Shown here: positions 25,682 through 39,751 of the stretch, piece by piece
How positions within the stretch are numbered: the first letter of the stretch is position 1
How the letters are laid out: each line of letters begins with the position of its first letter
Assembly (NCBI GenBank): GCA_004764695.1
Contig: SMSO01000035.1
Span: 806,001 to 870,000 of the forward strand
Length of the DNA: 64,000 bases
Reading direction: 5' to 3'
Origin: Schizochytrium sp. TIO01
Taxonomy: Eukaryota; Protista; Bigyra: Labyrinthulomycetes
The notes under the pieces: model-generated
Seen by the model: only the letters and a program-made list of their open reading frames with translations
Database searches by the model: none
What the model was told of the DNA's origin: nothing
Program-made: the position numbers and the translations under genes

Positions 25682-26803
25682 ATGAGTCGTCTCTCAAAGC
25701 TTGCTTGTGTGCTGTTGGCATTATGCGCAGGCGCATGTTTGGCCACACAAAGCGCAATGAACGGTGCTCTCAAGGTACCTCTCGATAGCGGACTCATGGC
25801 ATCTATGATTTCGTTTGTTGTTGGAGTTGCGACATTGCTCCTTATAGTACCGTTCTCGCTCTGGCAGAAACCACGCGACCAGGGTCCTAACCCGCGTCCG
25901 CTATACTGGTGGCTTTGGTGCGCAGGAGGTTTAATTGGCGTGTACTATGTCGTCTCTGCTACTTTCTTGGGCCCGAAGCTTGGGTTTGGCTTGTTCTTTG
26001 CTTCTGTTATTGCCGGTCAGCTTATTTGCAGTATCTTGGTTGACCACTTTGCGTTTCTGGATCTTACGAAAAAGCCTGCTACAGTGTGGCGTATTGGATC
26101 CATGCTCGTTGTTTTTGCGGGCGCAATTATGGCTATTGTTGACAAGATAGATGCTGGCCAGGTTGATGTTGGCCGCACTGTTGGCTATGTCATTGTTTCC
26201 TTCATTGCAGGCTGTGGAATGACCATCCAGGCACCTATCAATAGCGCTTTTACAATTCGCAGGGGGACTCTTCCGCATCGCACGGCGTTACTATCCTTTA
26301 GCGTTGGTACAGTTATGGTCATTCTCATTTGGGGCGTCTCTGTGGGAGTAATTGGAGGTGGTCTCTCTCAGGTTCATACTGATGAGACAGTCTGGTGGAT
26401 GTACCTTGGTGGTGTACTTGGTGTGGTGTATGTTGTCGCTGCTATTGCTCTCGCGCCCATCCTTGGTATTGCATGGTTCTTCATCGCTGTTATTGCTGGA
26501 CAACTCTTGATGTCACTTTTTATCGATTCTTTTGGTCTATTCAACTCTACAAAGATCCGTATCTCAGCTTTGCGAATCGTTGGTGTGGTTTTGGTATTTG
26601 TTGGTGCTGCCAGCTTCCGGCTTTTGCCCCTACAACCAGAAACAATGCAAAAGCTGCGGTCTGTCTTCCCTGGTCAATCGGCAAAAGAACAGGCACAGGG
26701 CGACGATTCAGTGATGGATACGAATATAGATGCAAAAGAACAGGACATTGGTATTGAGGATCTTTCAGGATATTCAGACCACCGTAAAGTTTCTCAAGTT
26801 TAG
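25682..26803 (+). CDS. DMT-superfamily transporter, YdcZ/DUF606 type (paralog 3)
   Basis: 373 aa, colinear with paralogs 1 and 2. Confidence 0.9.
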   Translation: MSRLSKLACVLLALCAGACLATQSAMNGALKVPLDSGLMASMISFVVGVATLLLIVPFSLWQKPRDQGPNPRPLYWWLWCAGGLIGVYYVVSATFLGPKLGFGLFFASVIAGQLICSILVDHFAFLDLTKKPATVWRIGSMLVVFAGAIMAIVDKIDAGQVDVGRTVGYVIVSFIAGCGMTIQAPINSAFTIRRGTLPHRTALLSFSVGTVMVILIWGVSVGVIGGGLSQVHTDETVWWMYLGGVLGVVYVVAAIALAPILGIAWFFIAVIAGQLLMSLFIDSFGLFNSTKIRISALRIVGVVLVFVGAASFRLLPLQPETMQKLRSVFPGQSAKEQAQGDDSVMDTNIDAKEQDIGIEDLSGYSDHRKVSQV

Positions 26804-27531
26804 TTGGTCTCTACTACAAATCTTTGGTGGCTACCTTTCGCTTCCTCGTCAGTCAAGTTGTATGGGTATGGGTATATGTAAGTTTTGTTGCATTTCATTT
26901 CAATTGGTGCCTTTGTCGAAACGATCAATGCGTTTTCGCAACTACTAGTCTATTTTATAATCACTGTAATATGTTTAATTCCAAAACGTCTGGTTTTATT
27001 GATTTATTTTGCCAGAGAGACTACCTCTTGGGCGAAATTAGATTCATTTTAGTTTCACAGCAAATTTTAGCAAATAAGGACTAAGAGGCTTCGCAAAATG
27101 ACCATAGTGCTAATTTCAAGTCCAAACTTCTTCTCTTTTTTTTTTTTCTTTTTTTTCAGAATAAGACATTTGGAAGGGATCGATGTGAAGAATGAATGCC
27201 ACATAAGTATTCAAAAGTTTATATAGAATAATATTGTGCAGCCCTGTTGGGGCAAAGGAATGGTCGTGGGTTCGAGGGATTAGGTAAACAACGCTTGGAC
27301 GACCTTCTCATACCACAGGCTCGCAGATACCGACGACGGGGGCGAGGAACACACAAAAATTTGGAAGGATGCTAGAAGGAAGCGGATAAGGGATTCATAG
27401 ATGAAGAATACCTTTGACAGAAGGAAGTTTGAGTGCACAGCCATTCTCGCTACATGCAGGGAAGCAAAAACGAAAACAGTATTTCCAAACAATCTCATCT
27501 GAGCAGCAACAGAAGTAGCAGCAAGGTTCAT

Positions 27532-28833
27532 TTATGCAACGCCAAAGACGTGGTGGAGGAGCAGAGCAGTGGAAAAGCCGGTCGCGCCAACGGCACCAGC
27601 ACCAGCAAGACCAACAAGGAAGGGCTTGTAGCCTACGCCACGGAGTGCACTAGCGGAGGTACTGAGGCCAACACCTGCCATGGCAGTACCAAGCAAGTAG
27701 TGGGATCCAAGTTCGTTGCCGACGAACTTGGTGATAGTCTTCCAGCTGTCGCCATCAAGAACTCCAAAGGCAGCCCCGACATCGCTAGCAAGAGTCATAT
27801 CTCCGACAGTACGCAGAGCACTCATGCCAACAAATCCTGCAACGAAGCCCGGGAAGTACTTCTTGACATCAGCAAAGGTCGGCACGAGACTTCCTGGGGT
27901 GGCAGACGCTCCCGCAGCCAGCTCTCCTTCGCGACGTGCAGTCTGGAAGGTGAGCCCCGGAATGACTCCGGCCAGGAAGAGGTTTCTTGTGAGCTTGGTC
28001 ACAGTGGCCACCTTGAGCACCTCCTCATCACCAAACACAGTCGAGTAAGAAAGTGCACAACCAATCACCTGACTGGTGTCATGTACACTGAGTCCGAGCG
28101 CAATGCCAATAGCATGGCTGGACGGGATAAGAGCGTGTGCCACGTACGGGTATACGAGCATACCAATGGTACCGAAGGCGACCACGTTGGCGACAGCAAA
28201 GCTGGTGTCCTGCTGTGTGGCCTTGATGGCAGGAGCAAGAGCGGTAATGGCAGTGACACCGCAGATGGAGGTTCCTGCAGCAATGAGGGAGCTCATCTTG
28301 TGCGGGATGCCGACCTTGTTACCGAGCCATGGGATGAAGGTCAAGCCCACACCGATACTAGCCATGACGGCAGGCAAGCCGACAAGGCCAGTTGTCACAA
28401 GGTCCACGGCGCTCAACTTAGCACCAACACACACAATTCCAGCCTGAAGGACAGGCTTCGTGGCAAACTTAATACCGGCATCGAGCTGCGCAGGAACGCC
28501 AACAGAGTTCTTGAGCGCCATACCAAGCAGGATGGCCACTGGAATACCCGAAATGGGACTGGCGGCGCCAGAGATGCCTTGCAGAGCGTTCAGACCCTGG
28601 CCGAGGTACTCTGCGGCGGTGAATCCTCCCTGCATCACCACGGCAGAAGCAGCCAAACCGGGCGCGAGAGACGCCACAGAGCTCTTGTTGCGACGAGAAA
28701 CACGGGTCACAGGCCCATTGTTCAAGTCATCGTCAGACACCGACGAGCTCAAAGAAAGGTGCAGGCGCGGGGACACCTGCGAAAGGCCGCCGATAAACCG
28801 GCGCCGGCTGCCAAGGCCGCGGGCTGCAAGCAT
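27532..28833 (-). CDS. YeiH/UPF0324 family (putative sulfate exporter) membrane protein with probable mitochondrial presequence
   Basis: 433 aa; AILLGMAL, LIAAGTSICGVTAI, GLSVHDTSQV, TKLTRNL and AMAGVGL motifs; Arg/Ser-rich N-terminus lacking acidic residues. Confidence 0.88.
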   Translation of the reverse strand: MLAARGLGSRRRFIGGLSQVSPRLHLSLSSSVSDDDLNNGPVTRVSRRNKSSVASLAPGLAASAVVMQGGFTAAEYLGQGLNALQGISGAASPISGIPVAILLGMALKNSVGVPAQLDAGIKFATKPVLQAGIVCVGAKLSAVDLVTTGLVGLPAVMASIGVGLTFIPWLGNKVGIPHKMSSLIAAGTSICGVTAITALAPAIKATQQDTSFAVANVVAFGTIGMLVYPYVAHALIPSSHAIGIALGLSVHDTSQVIGCALSYSTVFGDEEVLKVATVTKLTRNLFLAGVIPGLTFQTARREGELAAGASATPGSLVPTFADVKKYFPGFVAGFVGMSALRTVGDMTLASDVGAAFGVLDGDSWKTITKFVGNELGSHYLLGTAMAGVGLSTSASALRGVGYKPFLVGLAGAGAVGATGFSTALLLHHVFGVA

Positions 28834-29572
28834 GGTTTGTAGGAGGAGAAGAGCGGTAAGGTGATCGGGTCTGCTGCTCCACTTGTTGCTGCTCGTGCCA
28901 TCTCTAACTCACTTGCATTGCAATTTCTTTTTACTGCTATAGTAAACTGTATCTGATCTCTTACCCAATTCACTAGGAACGGCGGATTTAATAACGATAC
29001 GATGATGGGTAAACTTTGTAAGGCAACAAGGATTCACATTGTGCGCTTGATCGCAACTTTCCAGGCCTCGTAGCGATCGGAGCTCGAGCTCGCCTCACTC
29101 GCATTGCGGTGGTCTTCACTCTTGGCAAACTAACCGTCCTCGTGCAACTTAATTCCCAGCATGCTTCATCATGCACTCACATAGACATAAACTGTCAGGA
29201 CACAAGTTAGTTGCTCGAGCTAGAAAGAAACCCGCAGATTTCCATGCCTAGGTACTCCTGCATCATTCAGTCTGACTTTGGCTCGGCGCTGCCTCAAATT
29301 TTCTGCTTTCGAAGCCTCCTCTCAACTTCATGCTCGCGAGCTCTAAGTTTCCTGGCAGTCCTCCACTCAATGTGGCTGGCCATTAGCAATTAATTTAATT
29401 CCTTCATAAATGAAAGCTGTACCCACCGGCACAGAATTCGATCGAGCGATCGATCGATCATCAAGGCTCCTGGCGTGAGTGAGTGCCTAGTGCCTTCGCT
29501 TCAGTGGATCTCGGGGTAGTCATTGCAAATAAAAGTATCGAGCGAGTGAGTGAGAGAGCAACGATTAGGATG

Positions 29573-29712
29573 CATGAATGAATATATGCATAAATGAATG
29601 AATACATGCATAAATGAACGAATGAATGAATGATGAATGCATACATAAATGAATGAAAGAATGAGTGAGTGAATGAATGAAGGAATGAAGGAATGAAGGA
29701 ATGAAGGAATTA
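29573..29712. repeat. Degenerate (ATGA)n / (ATGAAGGA)n simple repeat
   Basis: Visible low-complexity tract. Confidence 0.85.
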
Positions 29713-31664
29713 GTTAGTGAAGTCAACCCTCCTCGTCTCGGCGGCAGAAACGTCACATTATGGTACCTACTTAGCGCCACACTAAGGCTTGCTTACAAGA
29801 ACACCTAGTTGGGGGCCTAATGCCTCCTACTGCCTTCCATCCTCTTAGTGTTGCTTTAGTTTGATACCTTCGGTACGAGGATTTATTTGCGCACGTGAAT
29901 GCAAGAAGCTCATAATTCAAGACAGCAAGACAACCACTCCTACTATGACAAACCAAGCTATGACAAACCAAGCTATGATAAACCTAACTCACAATCGGTG
30001 CAGGAGCAGAAGGTACGCAGCGGAGATTACTAGGAGACTTTGATCTACAAGAGCTATTACCTTTCAGCTCGACCCGTGGTTCCTTAAGGTGCTCCTAAAT
30101 TGGAGTCCTAAATTACCCTAATGCGCGAGTTGGGAACTTCTAAAACTATGGGTATATAAGTACTTCTAGGGTAAACGATAACCCAGAAACTACTACCATA
30201 TTTTCCATATAGGAATGGAGAGGGTGACGTCAATGTGTTAAGGACGTAGATAATGTGTCCCGGGCTCGAAGAGTTCGCTAGAATTCTACTGCAAAGGTGC
30301 TGAAGACACGGGGACAAGACGGAAAAGGTAGTGAAGCATGAAGAACGTACGATTGTCGAACAGAGTATCATGATGGTAGAGAGGACTATGTTATTTTCAT
30401 ATTGAAGTAGACGGGTATCAATCAAGGCGCAGGAAGCGGTCCAATTATAATGAATTTCGTGTTAATTGCTGTGCTGTGAGGTTATTGGAATGCTTTGACT
30501 AAGTTTATACTCGAGTAAAAGATCCTACTAATGAGTGCGTTGCGTCAACATTATAAGAAGTAGACAGTGGATGAAAGCCGCTTTGGCTTTTTCTTTGGGG
30601 ATAAGGTCCTAGTTTGTCAGGTTTCGAAGTGAGTGATGATGTCCATACATAGTTTGTCCATGCCCACTGGCATAGTATTTGCGTCTATGTGTAGAATCAA
30701 ACCAGTTGACTGCTGATAACAACGCCCCCCTTCCTTTTAAAGCTAAAGATTTGATACTGGCAGGTCAACTTGAATTGGAGACCCCCCTCTCCAACAAGAA
30801 TCTTACCATAACTGCAAACAGTCGCCTTAACAGAGATGCATTTCCAAAGTGTTTTATCCACCTCTAAATATATTTCTTTGCATCTCAATTTCAACCTCAC
30901 TGTATAATTAACCTCTCAGCTATGCTCAGGAAGGAACCTGATTTTGAAAACCCACGAAAGTGCTCTTGTCAAAAATACCTAAAATCATCAATGACCTTCA
31001 ATATCTCTCTCTATACATACTGTAATATATATTATAATATATATATTAAAGGATAATTTACCACACTAAGTCTCAACTAATCAGGTCAAGTCAAGTGATC
31101 GTGCTTGATCTAAGGAACTATCCAAAGAGTTTGCTCCACTCTTACAAGATTGATTCTTTTTGTTCTAATTGTTCTTAATATTCCCTTGTAAGGATCTTTT
31201 TTTTTTTCATCATTTACTAATTTGCTGCAGTTTATATCATCCAACATACCATATGCTGATTTTAAGTAAGCATCTTAGTAGGTTGAGCGTTGGCAACTCT
31301 TACCTGAATTCCCAGTTCGCCTCTAGATTACTTTGTTAATTCCATCAGACTCATCTTAGCTTCTTCTTATCAAATCATTTACTAGAAGCATCTTGAGATT
31401 CCAGTCCTCATTAGTCTACTTTTATGATAAGTAAATATAGAGGGGTCAGATATTAACGGTCCCTCCCTCGGCCGATTTGGCCCCACGTTGCCTCTGTAAC
31501 AAAGAACCATTTGCAACCACAGCTGTAATGCAAATTAACAGCAAGAATCTGGAGATGCTTGCCTCATGAGTTATGAAGAATGTAAGAAAGACAGTACGGT
31601 AGACAGTATCTTTCTCGGCCATGTATCTATACTGCAAAGACTAGGCAGAGAAGGATATTCGTAC

Positions 31665-31762
31665 GAGGCAAAGCAGAACCTGAAATGGCTTGCATTGTTG
31701 CTGATGGTGGCGGATAAGGACACTGGGAGGCAAAGCAGAACCTGAAAGGGCTTGCAATGTTG
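31665..31762. repeat. Two 36-bp direct repeats, 62-bp period
   Basis: GAGGCAAAGCAGAACCTGAAA(T/G)GGCTTGCA(T/A)TGTTG at 31665 and 31727. Confidence 0.85.
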
Positions 31763-32105
31763 ATGTTGATGGAAGGCTTGCTTAGAGATGCCATGGTCAA
31801 GTTATCTTTGCAAAGCCGCCCCGTCAGAGTATCTGAAAACTTTCCAATCCCGGGGATCTATCTTTGAAAGTTCGAGTTGATGAAGGTGCTCGAAATATCT
31901 TATGTAGCTGCATGCATGCGAAAGGGCAGCAATTTGCTTTCAAGGCTGTTGTGCTTGGTTGGAGTTCCTGGATACATGGGGAAAGACATGTCTACATGAA
32001 CTTTGACTCAAGCGAAAATAGCACAAAGTGTTCAAGGATGCCAAAAAAAAAAAAAAAGATGAAGAAGGACTATGGAAACGGGTCAGATGAATTCAATTAG
32101 GTTGC

Positions 32106-33314
<1,209 letters not shown>

Positions 33315-36300
33315 TTATAAGGTTTTGCTGTTTATCTCAGTTCGTTTCACAAAGTTGATTAGAAACTCAAGGAGCAAAAATTCGAATCATGTACCAGACG
33401 ACTCTGTTGTCAGTTTTCCCTGTTCATTCCGTTTCAATTCATTCGCTCAAACTGGTGCTTCCACTTTTCTCATTCTTCATCCAAAACTTTGCATGATTGC
33501 TTGCCTAGCTACTGGCATCTCTATACGAACCCAAATTCCGCTCCTGTTTTCTTCTTTCCGTCTCTTCCTTTCAGCTACGTTCTACGCACGATGCCAAGCT
33601 GCGGAACCTAAGAAACTCTCCAAGCAGGATGATCACATCCATCTCCCCGACTCTCAGCTTCCTCATACTTCTCTACTCTTCATATCAACAACAGCAAATA
33701 TCTACCGCCTCGCTAGCAGCAATTAAAAGAATATCTTCTTCTGGCAGACCCAGATACCCACCCTTCATTTAATCTGCTGCAGCTATCTATCTCCATCCCC
33801 TCTGTATCGCCAAAATCCGCCTATCTCTCCCAATCGAGACCCGCGACGCTCTTCTCCACAAAACCACAGAAGCTGCTGCTGCCTCCGCCATTGCAGGCTT
33901 TCGCGAACCGACCGGAACGCGGTCGTCTGCGCTCAAAAGCAGGCAAAGCAGTTCCCATGTCCTGTTATATTTGCTTGCAATCTATCAATCAATATGGATG
34001 TGCAAAGCTGCGGCGGTGAAGCTGCTCTGCGGGTCCTAGTCCATCGCCTAGCGGGCGCTAGGCCTTGCCGGGACGACGCAGAAGGAAAGAGAAGGAGAGG
34101 ATAGATAACGAAGGATACACATCAATCAATCAACCACGCCAGAAGCTCAAAATAGATAGAATCAGGCCAGCTGCGCGAACTCCGGGGCTCAGCGTTCCAC
34201 AGGGCCGAGGAGGGAGGCACGCCTGCATGCATGCACGCACGCACGCACGGCTTGCCTGCCTGTCGTCCGCTCCGACATGCACGCACGAGTGCGAGTGGGC
34301 ACGTACCTGTTTGCGAGCGTAAGCAGTTTGGGGTTTGCAGAACTGTCTGCGAGTTCAATCGATTTGAATTTCTTACTTACTTACTTCGTTCCTTCTTTCC
34401 CTCTTTTCTCTTTTCAAACAGCGCTTCCGCCGCCGCCCGAAACTCCACTTGCGCGCCCCCCCCCCAAAGTGAAGTATACCCTATACCCCACTTCGCGCGC
34501 TCTATACTCTACTTTGGCCCCCATTCTCCCCACTGTGTGCCCGCGCGCTGGCCACGCCGGTCCCGGCTCCTACGAGCTCAAGCCGCGCCCCATATAAACT
34601 CGTAGAAGCGCCCGTGCGCATCAAAAAAGAAAAGCACGCTTCGAGCGGGCACCGCCTAAGAGTCAGCTAGCGGCCCGCTAGCCAGCTGGAGGGAAAGGAA
34701 GAAAGCGCGTTTTTTTCAATGAAAGAATGCTTTTGCAACTTTTCTTTTTGCCTTTTTGCGTCACTTGAAGTGACGAAAAGGAACGCGGCGTTTGCTTTTC
34801 CTCGACGCCGCCAATGCAGAAACAGACAGACAGACAAACAAAGAAACAAACAAACAAACCAACCAACCAACCGCTCGCCGCCTCGCGGGAGGAAAGCGGT
34901 GCCTCGGGCTGCTTGGCGGCCTCTCCTGCGCGCCGGAAGGCGGCTTTTGCTCGAGAATGACTCAATGAAGCGCGAGCTCTTCTGCGGAATTAAGATCTTT
35001 TGGGCGCCTTTTGTGGTGTGTTTTTGGCGTTGTTTTATCCCATCTATGATTATTTATTTTGGAATGGCGGCGAAAGAAAGAAATCAACTGACTTCAAATG
35101 CAATGCAATCAATGCCCGCGGAAGACTGGCTGCCTCTGGAGGGAGGGAGGGAGAGAGAGACCGCGGGCCGTCGCTCGGACAGGGCGGTGGGCGGGCTTCG
35201 GTATATTTCAATCTCTCGCGCGCCCGTACGGCGTTGAAGACTGCTTTTCTTGAATTGTAATGTGACGAAAGTGTTGTTCTGTTTGCTTTTGTTTGTTTGT
35301 TTGTTTGTTATTTAATCTTTTTTTGAAATTAATTTAATTATAGTTATATAAAAACTGTGTGAAAGTCGTTGCCGAAGCTATGTACTTCAAGCTAAAGCTA
35401 AGGAGGATTGCAGGCAGTCACGGCCGCGGTGCGCGCTTTGGCAGGCAGGGCATGCGTGCGTGCATGTACCGTGGCGGCAAGCGCCTGGGTTGGATCTCAA
35501 GATGTAGAGCCAGAGCTGCTTCACCAATTGGTTTCGTCGGAATATGTCTCTCTCTGTCCATGCATGCGAGCACATGCTGCAGTAACAAATACTAACAACA
35601 ACGATGGCGCTTTGTGAATGCTATCGAGTAAATTCGTCATCGTTTCATCATGGTCCTTTGAGCAGTTAGCTTGAAATTGATTGTCTCAAAGTGCAGCAGA
35701 ACCTGCTCCTTTTTTTGAGGGGCGAAGTAGTCAGTTTTGTTGCGTTACATGAAGACGACTTGCAGAAGTAGGTTCTAGCTGAGGTTCTGTGGTGTCCACG
35801 GCGGCTATATTATGAGGCCAATACACGATTACTTTGGGCTGAATGGCAGTTCTGAGCACAGGCTTCGAGAGCGCTCATAAATATGCCTGTTGTGCCTTCT
35901 CTGCTTAGTCGGCGTTTGATAGGGTTTTATAGCCTAGATTATGATGCTTCTGCAATCGGTTGCAACCCATGATGAGATTATTCACATGAACAACGGAGAG
36001 AAAGGTCCTCGCTGACTCTAATCTCAATGCGAAAAAAGCTGCCGATTGGCCCTCATGAAGAAGAAAACTTCGAGACCTATGGTTGGACAACACTTCAAGT
36101 TGCAGAGACCTATCAAATTTTCTATTGTCTACAAACCCTTTCTTGTTGTTGTTATGCATGACCTTTGACCTTTGGGGATAAGTATCGTCATCATCATGTT
36201 GCTCCTGCCAAGATTCGAGCTCTGATTCCGTAGTGCAGAGCGTACATATTGCGCAGAAATATCAATAGCAACGTAGTTTTAAGAACTACCTACTATTGGG

Positions 36301-38383
36301 AATGTTCGTAGATAAGAATAAACAGCCTGTCGCTAGATAGATTTCCTCGTTTGACGAAGCAGTGGGTCTACAAGAAAGACCTAATTTCCAGCCACTGATG
36401 ATTCTTTTTGTAAATAGCGCAACTTTCTCTCTAAAGCATATGCGCCCGCCGCACACTCACGACCCGTCGCTGGACAATAGTGCATTTGTTTGTGTGGTGC
36501 ATGGAAGCATCATGATGCTCGCTGCGAATCGACATTATAGCGTAAGAGGCCATAATTTTACCAAACAGGGTATAAACTGGTGGCATGCAGGGTTATTTTC
36601 TTTGTCAAAAGCAAGCATAGGAAATGCGAGCGACACCGCGTTAAGCTGGACGGAAGCCTGTTTTCTTTCTTCCACATGTGCTCTGATCCTGTTTGAAAAG
36701 CTATGAACAAGACTTATTGACCTTAATACACGCAAGTTATATTCAGAGCTTGGGTGGCTCAAATGAAAGTAATGAAGGCTGCAACTAATTAGAAGGTGCC
36801 ATCAAGATCATCTTTGATCCTCTCTCTCAAAACCTGCTAGTCTACCTCACCCCTTGCTAATGACCGGTACAACAGGAGCGCATCACAAATAATCACCTTG
36901 AGTAATCAAACAAGACTTTCATTCGAAGTAACTACCTCGTGAAGCAAGAGATCACAGTAGGACTTGGCTTTTGTTTCCGCTGTAGGATGCCCTTCACCCT
37001 TTGCCCACCGAACCTTTGATCACAGATTCATGGTCTGCTACTTCTACTACTTTATTTACAAGATCATGATACCTTAAACATACGGTAAACCCCTATATCT
37101 AAATCGAAAAAGACCGAACAAATGTGCCTATCCTTTGGCGCTCATACCCGGATTCTCAATTAATACTGTTGCGATGTATTGCGAGTCTATACGCTCTCAA
37201 GTTTGCTCGCGAACGAGCCAACTAAGCTCTCCGAGTCGTTTTATTGCACGTACATAGGTAGTGCAATAGGTAGTGCCTGCCCTATGTAGATAGGTAATAC
37301 AGGGAATCACTCTCTCTGCTAGCTCATACCTGCTGCCTAGAATGGCAACTATGCGATCAGTATTCATTCACCAGAGAGTTTGGCTGGCCTTGGGGATGTC
37401 GCGTGTAGATGCTTATATGAAAACAAAACTTGGGCTCTACGACCTGTTTCCCATGCCTTCGATCATCCTGGGCTTGCTTGGTTCACGTGGCTTCTTATCA
37501 GGTGAAGACGGTTAATTCTTGATTGACTCGAAGCCAAACTTCACTTACATTATTACATCGTCCGGCCGGTAGTTAACTTGCTGCCTAGCGCTTTGATAGG
37601 AGCTCTGTAGCGACCTATCATTGGCTGGTCGGCGCCTAGCGATCTATAGTCACTCGTAGGCATATCTTTCTGGTCCGCCTCACTGTTACAACATACCCTA
37701 GGTGTTCCTCAATGTTGGATGTGAAGACGGGTGCAAGTGGGTGTATAGAAAACGTTCTGGAATATCCCTGTCCACCGCTTTTTCCCTCCACCCATAACTC
37801 ACTTATTAGACCAGCAATTTAAAGTGAAGAATTCTATAATACTTCACTTGAGGCCGTTACCGCAAGTGACGGCAAGTGGGTGGAGAGAACTTGAAAGAGA
37901 TAAAGTGATTTTTAAATATTACTATGATTGTGTATTTCCTATTCGCTTTTGTTTATTTGTTCATTCTTTCCAGTCATGAATTCATTTAGAGGATCAAAAG
38001 TGAATGAATGAACTTATGTATCAATGGATGGTGAAGGACTCGAGGGAAGCGTCAGGGATCATGGTGACTGGTAAAGAAACCTGAATTCGGTAATCTCAAT
38101 TATCATTTCGAGCGCGGTCACGCCTCCATCACAAGTAGCAATGACCGCAATTTTGCCATCTGATCGCATCGACCCAAGAAATCAAATGATTTCTATTTTT
38201 GTTTTGTTTTATTTAACTTAATAATAAATTATAAAACAATCAGACTAGTAGCAGAAGACAGATGATATAAACACGAGGCAGTTAACACTTAGAGAATTTC
38301 CGCTCTCCAGTTATTAGTAGTAGCTACCTAGGTAACCATTACGCGACACTCCTAAAGGTTTACACAAAATAAGAGCAAGAAAT

Positions 38384-38423
38384 AAACAAACAAACAAACA
38401 AACAAACAAACAAACAAACAAAC
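38384..38423. repeat. (AAAC)10 microsatellite
   Basis: Perfect tetranucleotide run. Confidence 0.9.
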
Positions 38424-39751
38424 AGAAATCTGGAAAGCTTAAGCTTAGGCAAAGACACTGTGCTCTCAATCGACTCCTCGCCTTTGTGCTGTACTAACCA
38501 AGCTACGAACTTCGCTCACATGAAAGCCCGCAGACTCACGAATGAATGTCTGTCGATATTCAAGAGTACGCATTTATCTCCAGAGAACGACTGCTTAGGG
38601 AGTAGTTTGCTCACTAAAAATGCAAATGAACATGCCAAACGAATCAACTCTGAATGATGAATTGATCAGGCCACCGACATTCAAGCAGTGAACGAAAGCC
38701 ACGCAAGAAACTGCCACAAAAAGCAGGTGACCACTTCGAAGCGTTTTTGACCCTGCAGGACAACTGATATTGCCCCAGAAGAATCGAATCAACAATCCGA
38801 AGTTGAACCAACTCGGAAACCGAAGCTACGTATCCTATCGAAAACTCAAAACTAAGCATTCTTTTGACTGACCCATTAGCAAGCAAACGTCAAAAAAACG
38901 AGGCAAATCAACAATACAATCCAACACAATACAAAACAAACAATACCGTATATTATTGTACCTAATAATAACATTGTACAAATGAAATAGAACAGATCGG
39001 GAGGCTATAGAAACAACAACCAGTAAAAGAAATCATCCCATCCTACCAGGAATACTAATTATGAAGAGAGAGAAAAAAGAGAAAGAAGTGGAAAAAGAGA
39101 AAGAAGAGAAAGAAGAAGAAGAAGAAGAAGAAGGAGAATGCGGTGGTAGCTGCCACCTAACCTAATTGATAGGAGTAAGTAGCATAGGTGTCTTCTAGGC
39201 CTTGGCTAGCAAGCCTCTCAGCGACGCCAGACAGCGGCAGCGGCGACGAGCGAGCGAGCAAGCAGACAGACGAGCCCGCGGCGCCCGCGCGAAGTCCTCG
39301 CGCCTCCGCCTGCGCCAGCTCGCCAAGTGGCGCTCCTCCAGGCTGATAGTTAATCCTCGGCTGCCGGTACTTTCTTGCCCGTCCGCGGATCGACCATCCG
39401 CTGCAGCCTTCCCTCCCTTCGTTTCATTTGCATCCATAGTTTCCTCCATCCAGTCGCTGGCGCGCTCGCTCGCCCTGGCGTGCGTGCGTACGTGAGTGCG
39501 TACGTGAGTGCGTGAGTGGTCTCTGTGAGATATCTCACAAACTTACCAACCTCGGCCTCGACTCGTCTGCTCGGTGCGTGGCGTAGGAGGTAGCGAGGCG
39601 TGAACGTCTTCTCTATCTATTGAGATCGCTGCTTTCTCTATCTTGTTTGCATCGATATCAATCAAAGTTTATTTGATCTCGTGGGGCGTTCGGGTTTCCT
39701 CGGAGATACTAATCTAGACCAGAGGCTTTTGATCGTTGCGAAAAGGAGCGT

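Noticed and set aside
27433-28842. 469-aa plus-strand ORF
   Set aside because: Antisense shadow of the YeiH gene; the same applies to 11730-12563, 32151-33320 and 42510-43331.
31665-31762. 36-bp repeats with a 26-bp spacer look CRISPR-sized
   Set aside because: Only two units, the intervening sequences are themselves partly similar, no cas genes, eukaryotic context; a simple tandem duplication.
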